Part shown: piece after piece, positions 59,264 through 64,000 of the stretch | Layout: every line of letters begins with the position of its first letter | Position numbering within the stretch: position 1 is the first letter of the stretch | DNA from: a bacterium | Lineage (GTDB): Bacteria; Patescibacteriota; Minisyncoccia; Phycocordibacterales; JAGLPS01 | Length of the DNA: 64,000 nucleotides | Assembly: GCA_030690305.1 (NCBI GenBank) | Contig: JAUYHB010000027.1 | Coordinates: forward strand, 79,670-143,669 | Direction of reading: 5' to 3' | The notes under the pieces: generated by a model | What the model was told of the DNA's origin: nothing | Database searches by the model: none | What the model saw: only the letters and a program-made list of their open reading frames with translations | Translations under genes and position numbers: made by a program

Positions 59264-59485
59264 ATGGTTACTGCGCAAGACCAAGATTTTTACAACCTGT
59301 ATCGCCTATTAGGATGCAGCTCTTCCGTATTCAGAGAGATATTTCACGGGTTTTCTCCCCAAGATATCAAGTGGATGGAGAAAAATTACCGAGCGAACGA
59401 AAGACAACTGAAAATCGCTCATAGAGCCTGGTGGGAAAAATGGAAGTGCGAGAAAATAACCGACGTTTCCCCTTGTTGCGGCTAG
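59264..59485 (+). CDS. Small hypothetical protein
   Basis: Promoter TTGACA...TACTAT; SD AAGGAGGT; terminator at ~59497-59524. Confidence 0.6.
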   Translation: MVTAQDQDFYNLYRLLGCSSSVFREIFHGFSPQDIKWMEKNYRANERQLKIAHRAWWEKWKCEKITDVSPCCG

Positions 59486-59646
59486 ACCGCGTTTTAAGAG
59501 CCCTGAATGGCAGGGCTCTTTTTTGTTATCAACAGGCCTATATAGATGGTTGACTTTTGGGGCAAATTGTGATACTATATTGACAGGATACGTATTTTGT
59601 TACTTTTACATATATACGGCTCAGTACTTTCAAAAGGAGGCGAAAG

Positions 59647-59964
59647 ATGGTTACAACCACCCTTCCCATCATTAAGGAGCCGGGAACATTGGCAACAGAA
59701 GCAGTGGCGAAGTTCCGCAAAAACAAAAACGCAGGCATTCCAATCACATTGGAATCCGCTGTTAATTTTGTTCTTCTTCTCAACCAGGGTCAGACAATAT
59801 CCGACCCGTACAATGAACTGTCGAAAACAGTTCTCACCCTTGCATATCGACAATGCAACGGTAACCGACATAGAAGAAAAGAACAACAAATGCGTCTTGA
59901 TTTGCAGAAAACTTCCCCATTCCTTCCGCCACCTCGCCAGTGGTTTCCCTACGCGAACGATTAA
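59647..59964 (+). CDS. Small hypothetical protein
   Basis: SD AAGGAGG; downstream hairpin at ~59982-60018. Confidence 0.6.
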   Translation: MVTTTLPIIKEPGTLATEAVAKFRKNKNAGIPITLESAVNFVLLLNQGQTISDPYNELSKTVLTLAYRQCNGNRHRRKEQQMRLDLQKTSPFLPPPRQWFPYAND

Positions 59965-60093
59965 GTTCGTTCCCTCCCCCTAAAAGAGCGAAAACCATAA
60001 AACGTTTCCGCTCTTTTTCTTTTAAAAAACAAATGGGTGCTATAATTTTTTAAGAAACGTTCTTCACATACAGAAAAAAGAAAGGAGGAAACC

Positions 60094-61200
60094 ATGCGTC
60101 TGCCGGGACTAAAAATCAAGAATTTTGATTTAAAAAATTGTATTTTTCAAGGCGGAATGGGAGTTGGAATATCTCTCTACCCGCTCGCCGGTAGTGTCGC
60201 AAAGGAAGGTGGACTTGGAATAATTTCAAGCGCCGGACTCGACACTGTAGTATCAAGCCGTGACAGAAAAAAACTTGATACATACAATGCAGTGCGTACC
60301 GAAATAGAACTCGCAAAAAATTCAGCCGGAAACAGCGGCGCCATCGGCATTAATGTCATGTGCGCACTCATTGGTAGTTATGAAAATACTATCCGCGGGG
60401 CAATTGACGCCGGGGCAGATGCGATTATTTCCGGTGCGGGATTTCCACTCGGTCTCCCGAGTATTACACCGCCCAAACACACCGCCCTTATTCCGATAGT
60501 TTCCTCGGCACGAGCCCTGAAAATTATTGTGGAGCGCTGGGAACGATTTCACTATCGGCCCGATGCGGTTGTTTTGGAAGGGCCTTTAGCCGGTGGCCAT
60601 CTCGGTTTCAAAATGAATGAGGTGGAAAATGCAGAGTTTGCGTTGGAACTTCTTTTACCTCCGGTATTGGATGTCACACACAAACATGGCGACTTTCCTG
60701 TTATTGTTGCCGGCGGGATTTATACGCATGAAGATATTTTGAAATTTTTGGCGATAGGTGCCAAGGGCGTACAGATCGCAACTCGTTTTCTGGCAACCTA
60801 TGAAAGTTCCGCGACAGACGCATACAAGCAAGCCGTAATCTCCGCGGGTATGGACGACATAATCGTCGTTGCGTATCCGGATTCCGTTCCGGCTTCACCG
60901 TGTATGCTCCCGTTCAGAATATTGAAGCACTCGCCAATGTACACACATGCGCGGAAGCCAAAATGTAACAGAGGATATCTTCTTCGGCGCGGTACGGACG
61001 GGAAATTATCCGTCTGCCAAGCAATGCCGGGACATCCGAAAAATAATTCTTTTCTTTGTCTCTGTAATGGATTAATTAGTTCAGCTGGATATGCTCCGGA
61101 AGAATTTCCTCTCTACACCGTTGGGGCAAACGCCTACCGAGTAGACAGGATTCTCTCGGTTAAAGAGCTCATGGATGAGCTAACAAACCGTTGCTTCTGA
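60094..61200 (+). CDS. Nitronate monooxygenase / FabK-like flavin oxidoreductase
   Basis: IFQGGMGVGIS, ISGAGFP, EGPLAGGHLG, VIVAGGI, GVQIATRF, LCLCNGL. Confidence 0.9.
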   Translation: MRLPGLKIKNFDLKNCIFQGGMGVGISLYPLAGSVAKEGGLGIISSAGLDTVVSSRDRKKLDTYNAVRTEIELAKNSAGNSGAIGINVMCALIGSYENTIRGAIDAGADAIISGAGFPLGLPSITPPKHTALIPIVSSARALKIIVERWERFHYRPDAVVLEGPLAGGHLGFKMNEVENAEFALELLLPPVLDVTHKHGDFPVIVAGGIYTHEDILKFLAIGAKGVQIATRFLATYESSATDAYKQAVISAGMDDIIVVAYPDSVPASPCMLPFRILKHSPMYTHARKPKCNRGYLLRRGTDGKLSVCQAMPGHPKNNSFLCLCNGLISSAGYAPEEFPLYTVGANAYRVDRILSVKELMDELTNRCF

Positions 61201-61247
61201 TTCTAGAGGCAACGGTTTTTTTTATTCAAAAAGAAAATTTAAGTTTG

Positions 61248-62135
61248 CTACCAACTTCCCGAGGAACCACCGCCCCCGGAAGAACCTCCTCCGAATCCTC
61301 CAAAGCTACCACCGGAACCGGAGGAACCTCCTCCCCCTCCAATCCACCACGGGTAAGAACGGCCTGATGATAAATTACGCTTATAGGTGCTTGAAACTAT
61401 AAAATCGAAAAATAAGCCGAAAAAGACAAGGGAGAGAAAAGCCAGAATGCCCGTGTAGAAAAACCCAAAGAATATTCCAACGATAATACCGATAATTCCA
61501 CCAACTACGCCCCCGCCCCACCACGACTTTGAGCGGGCAAGCACAGAGCCCAGATACACAAAGGAAAAGAAAATTACAAAAGCCCAGTTGAAAATGGCGT
61601 CGAAATTGACGTTCGTGCCCACTTCCGCGGTGGCCGCCTGTTCCTCGCCCGTTATAACACGTTGCATCCTGTCGGTCGCCGCGCTGATGCCACCATAGTA
61701 GTCGCCGTTTTTAAACGCCGGCGTCAGGATTTTGCTCATTATGTAAAAACTTTCGGCATCGGTTAATACAGGCTCAAGGCCGTATCCGACTTCAATGCGC
61801 ATCTTATGGTCTTCAAAAGCGATAAGAAGCAAGACACCGTTGTCCGCCCCCTTCTTGCCTATGTTCCATTCATCAAACAATTCTACGGCGTAATTTTCAA
61901 CAGTGTCGCCGTCAAGATTGGGAATCGTTACTACCGCGATTTCATTGCCTGTGTTTTGCTCGAATGCCGTCAATTGCGCGGAAAGCGTTTGTTCGTCCTC
62001 TTGGCTTAGAACGTGCGCAAAGTCGTTCACAAACCCGAGCGGCGTTCCCGGACTTGTATACGCGAACACAAAAATCGGAACGAGAACGAAACCCGCTATC
62101 AAGGCGGCTTTTTTGATGTGGGGAAAAATGTTCAT
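61248..62135 (-). CDS. TPM-domain (YgcG-like) membrane protein
   Basis: VNDFAHVL, EIAVVTI, DNGVLLLIA, RIEVGYGLE, Gly-rich tail GGGSSGGGGSSGSW. Confidence 0.92.
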   Translation of the reverse strand: MNIFPHIKKAALIAGFVLVPIFVFAYTSPGTPLGFVNDFAHVLSQEDEQTLSAQLTAFEQNTGNEIAVVTIPNLDGDTVENYAVELFDEWNIGKKGADNGVLLLIAFEDHKMRIEVGYGLEPVLTDAESFYIMSKILTPAFKNGDYYGGISAATDRMQRVITGEEQAATAEVGTNVNFDAIFNWAFVIFFSFVYLGSVLARSKSWWGGGVVGGIIGIIVGIFFGFFYTGILAFLSLVFFGLFFDFIVSSTYKRNLSSGRSYPWWIGGGGGSSGSGGSFGGFGGGSSGGGGSSGSW

Positions 62136-62136
62136 G

Positions 62137-62691
62137 CTAGAACTGAACCTGCGGAGCAGTGTCGGAACCGGATACGGATTCAAAGTATGCGTGTTCAATA
62201 AAGCCCGTAATTTTCGCGATAAGGCTAGAGGGCAGGGTTTTTACTTTCAGATTGTACACCTGCACCGCGTCGTTGAATCGTTTGCGCTCGGTGCTGATGC
62301 GATTTTCCGTTCCTTCAAGCTGCGCCATGAGCGTCTGCACGTTCTCGGCCGATTTCAATTGCGGATAATTTTCAACGACAACCAGAAGGCGTCCGAGAGC
62401 CGATTCAACTTCCCCCGCAGCTGCCGCTTTTTCATCCGTAGTCTGCGCGCCGGAGTAACGGGTACGTGCCTCGGCAATGGCCGTGAAGATTGTTTGCTCC
62501 TGTTGCATTATGCCCTTGACGGATTCCACCAAGTTCGGAATCAAATCAAATCTTCGCTGGTACTGCGTTTCTACCTGCGCCCACTGGTTATTAACCACTT
62601 CGTTTGAAGTAACAAGACCATTGTACGTCATAAAACCATACGCTCCCAAAACAACTGCCAAAACTAAAATTATTAAAAGTGTGTTTTTCAT
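62137..62691 (-). CDS. lemA: LemA family protein
   Basis: YNGLV, QYQRRFDLIPNLVESVKG, ENYPQLKS, LEGTENRI. Confidence 0.96.
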   Translation of the reverse strand: MKNTLLIILVLAVVLGAYGFMTYNGLVTSNEVVNNQWAQVETQYQRRFDLIPNLVESVKGIMQQEQTIFTAIAEARTRYSGAQTTDEKAAAAGEVESALGRLLVVVENYPQLKSAENVQTLMAQLEGTENRISTERKRFNDAVQVYNLKVKTLPSSLIAKITGFIEHAYFESVSGSDTAPQVQF

Positions 62692-62793
62692 GATGAGATT
62701 TTATAACGATTAGGTGGAAAATTCAAATGGGAATCGGCTATCTGTATCTGTATGGTCACGGATAATTCAATTGCCGTCGTAATTGAATTTCCT

Positions 62794-62811
62794 CGACCCC
62801 ACGGGGAATCG
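62794..62811 (-). other. Displaced tRNA 3' fragment (Glu-like), probable att site of an island extending to the right
   Basis: CGATTCCCCGTGGGGTCG reads as T-loop end, T-stem CCCCG, acceptor TGGGGTC and discriminator; followed by hairpin 62764-62789; the upstream sequence is not tRNA-like. Confidence 0.6.
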
Positions 62812-63212
62812 GTCACGCCTAATTTTCTGCTAAAAATCTTGCCTCACAGGTTTTCGCCTACTGGCAAAACCCGCGAGCCCACCTCCTTCACCTTCGTTCA
62901 GTCCGGTCTTGCACCGCTTCCAGTTGTCGCGGTTCACCCCACCTCGCGCCGTCGCGCTCCGTCTTTCGATTATCTCTCCCAGAGATTCATGTGCCGACAT
63001 AAAAGCCCGCATAAAGCGGACATTATGTTGGCATGAGCCCAGAGAGCTTAGGATGGAACACCTTGGAAACCATGGTACTTCGATGGAAGCAGGTGTTTCA
63101 GACAATTGATCCTAGCTACTTGGTACCTCAATTAAACCATGTTTTATAGCCATTTTGCAAAAAGTATCCTCACCGTAATACTTACCTCAATGGTAGTAGA
63201 ACAAGACACATA

Positions 63213-64000
63213 TCAGGGCATATCGAGGCCGAACTCATTGACGTAATCTCGAATGTTTCGGTTCTTGTCAGCAAGCTCTTTTTCGAAAGTAGAGATTTTA
63301 TCGAGCAGACGCTTCTCGTTTACTGATGTTGCCATGGTCTTCGCTTCCCCTAGGAGTTTACGTGCTCGTCGAAACCGATTAAACGTTCTTAGCTTTACGG
63401 CGAGGTTGTAGAGGGTGTGTGCTTGTTCGGATTTCATGCCGGCTAACTCAAATTCTATGATAGCCCTCTCGAAATACTGAATACATTTATCTCTGGATTC
63501 ATCTATTTTGAGACGAACATCTCTCCCATAGAGATATCTATCGAGGTTCCATCGCCTTACAAGATAGAGGTTAGCTATTTTGCTTTTGTACTTGCCGCCA
63601 TCTTGAAAGTCGAGTTTGTCTGCTAGGTACTTTGAGCTATAAGCGTCCCCGATAGTCGAAAGCTGGTGGCCTCTAAAATTATGATCCGGTGATTTCTCCG
63701 CGCCTTCAATGACAGCCGCCAACGTTGAATTTATCTCTTGCTCGAGTTCTTTCCGACGCTTACCAATCTCCTCATACTCTGTTTTGTCTCTTTCAAGCGA
63801 AAAATCAATCCAACCAAAAACACGGGCAGACAATACGAGATTTTTTTGTCTGTAAATTAACATTGATAAATCCGACATCAAAAAGAAACACTTCTTGCCT
63901 AAAAAGTAGTTTCGCATAGTCGCATTGTTGCTTCTTGTTGCAAGGTCGATTCCTTCATTTGCCACAGCTAGGAGTTTGTCATTCTCCGTAACATGATCGA
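63213..64000 (-). CDS. C-terminal helical/TPR-like part of a larger protein (5' end outside the window)
   Basis: Frame is open to the window edge (DHVTENDKLLAVANEG...); YFERAI..F...G...EQAHTLYNLA repeats. Confidence 0.7.
   Translation of the reverse strand, partial: DHVTENDKLLAVANEGIDLATRSNNATMRNYFLGKKCFFLMSDLSMLIYRQKNLVLSARVFGWIDFSLERDKTEYEEIGKRRKELEQEINSTLAAVIEGAEKSPDHNFRGHQLSTIGDAYSSKYLADKLDFQDGGKYKSKIANLYLVRRWNLDRYLYGRDVRLKIDESRDKCIQYFERAIIEFELAGMKSEQAHTLYNLAVKLRTFNRFRRARKLLGEAKTMATSVNEKRLLDKISTFEKELADKNRNIRDYVNEFGLDMP

Noticed and set aside
61248-61345. Short GGAACC tandem repeats
   Set aside because: Normal Gly/Ser-rich tail of TPM-domain proteins.
62752-63109. ORFs 62752-63036, 62830-63105 and 62909-63109
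   Set aside because: No recognisable motifs or start signals, and they overlap hairpins and the att fragment; probably non-coding.

Overview
The window has three parts. (1) 1-~31.3 kb is an accessory island, almost all on the minus strand. It holds a controller-Mod-Res type III restriction-modification operon coupled to a PHP-domain/ABC-type ATPase (TrlF/Ppl-like, truncated by the window edge), an ORF-less group IIC intron sitting behind a terminator, an AT-rich papain-like protease with a small partner, a block of diderm-style envelope genes (PEP-CTERM hydrolase, TraT, BamE-like lipoprotein), a nuclease-STAND (Avs-like) gene, and a VirD4/TraD-like ATPase next to a large serine recombinase that is fused in frame to a double HTH across what looks like an intact 46-bp attP. 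(2) ~31.3-62.8 kb looks like Patescibacteria (Parcubacteria-like) chromosome, which is an inference from gene content. It contains short promoter-leader-terminator units with candidate structured RNAs, an ECF sigma/MacAB/cell-wall hydrolase cluster, and rpmA, rplI, an S41 protease, corA, cysS, dnaB, recR, rplU, rmuC, yqeY and lemA. (3) From ~62.8 kb a second island begins at a displaced tRNA-Glu-like 3' fragment. I saw no CRISPR array, rRNA or intact tRNA. All family assignments come from motif recognition by eye, and no searches were run.
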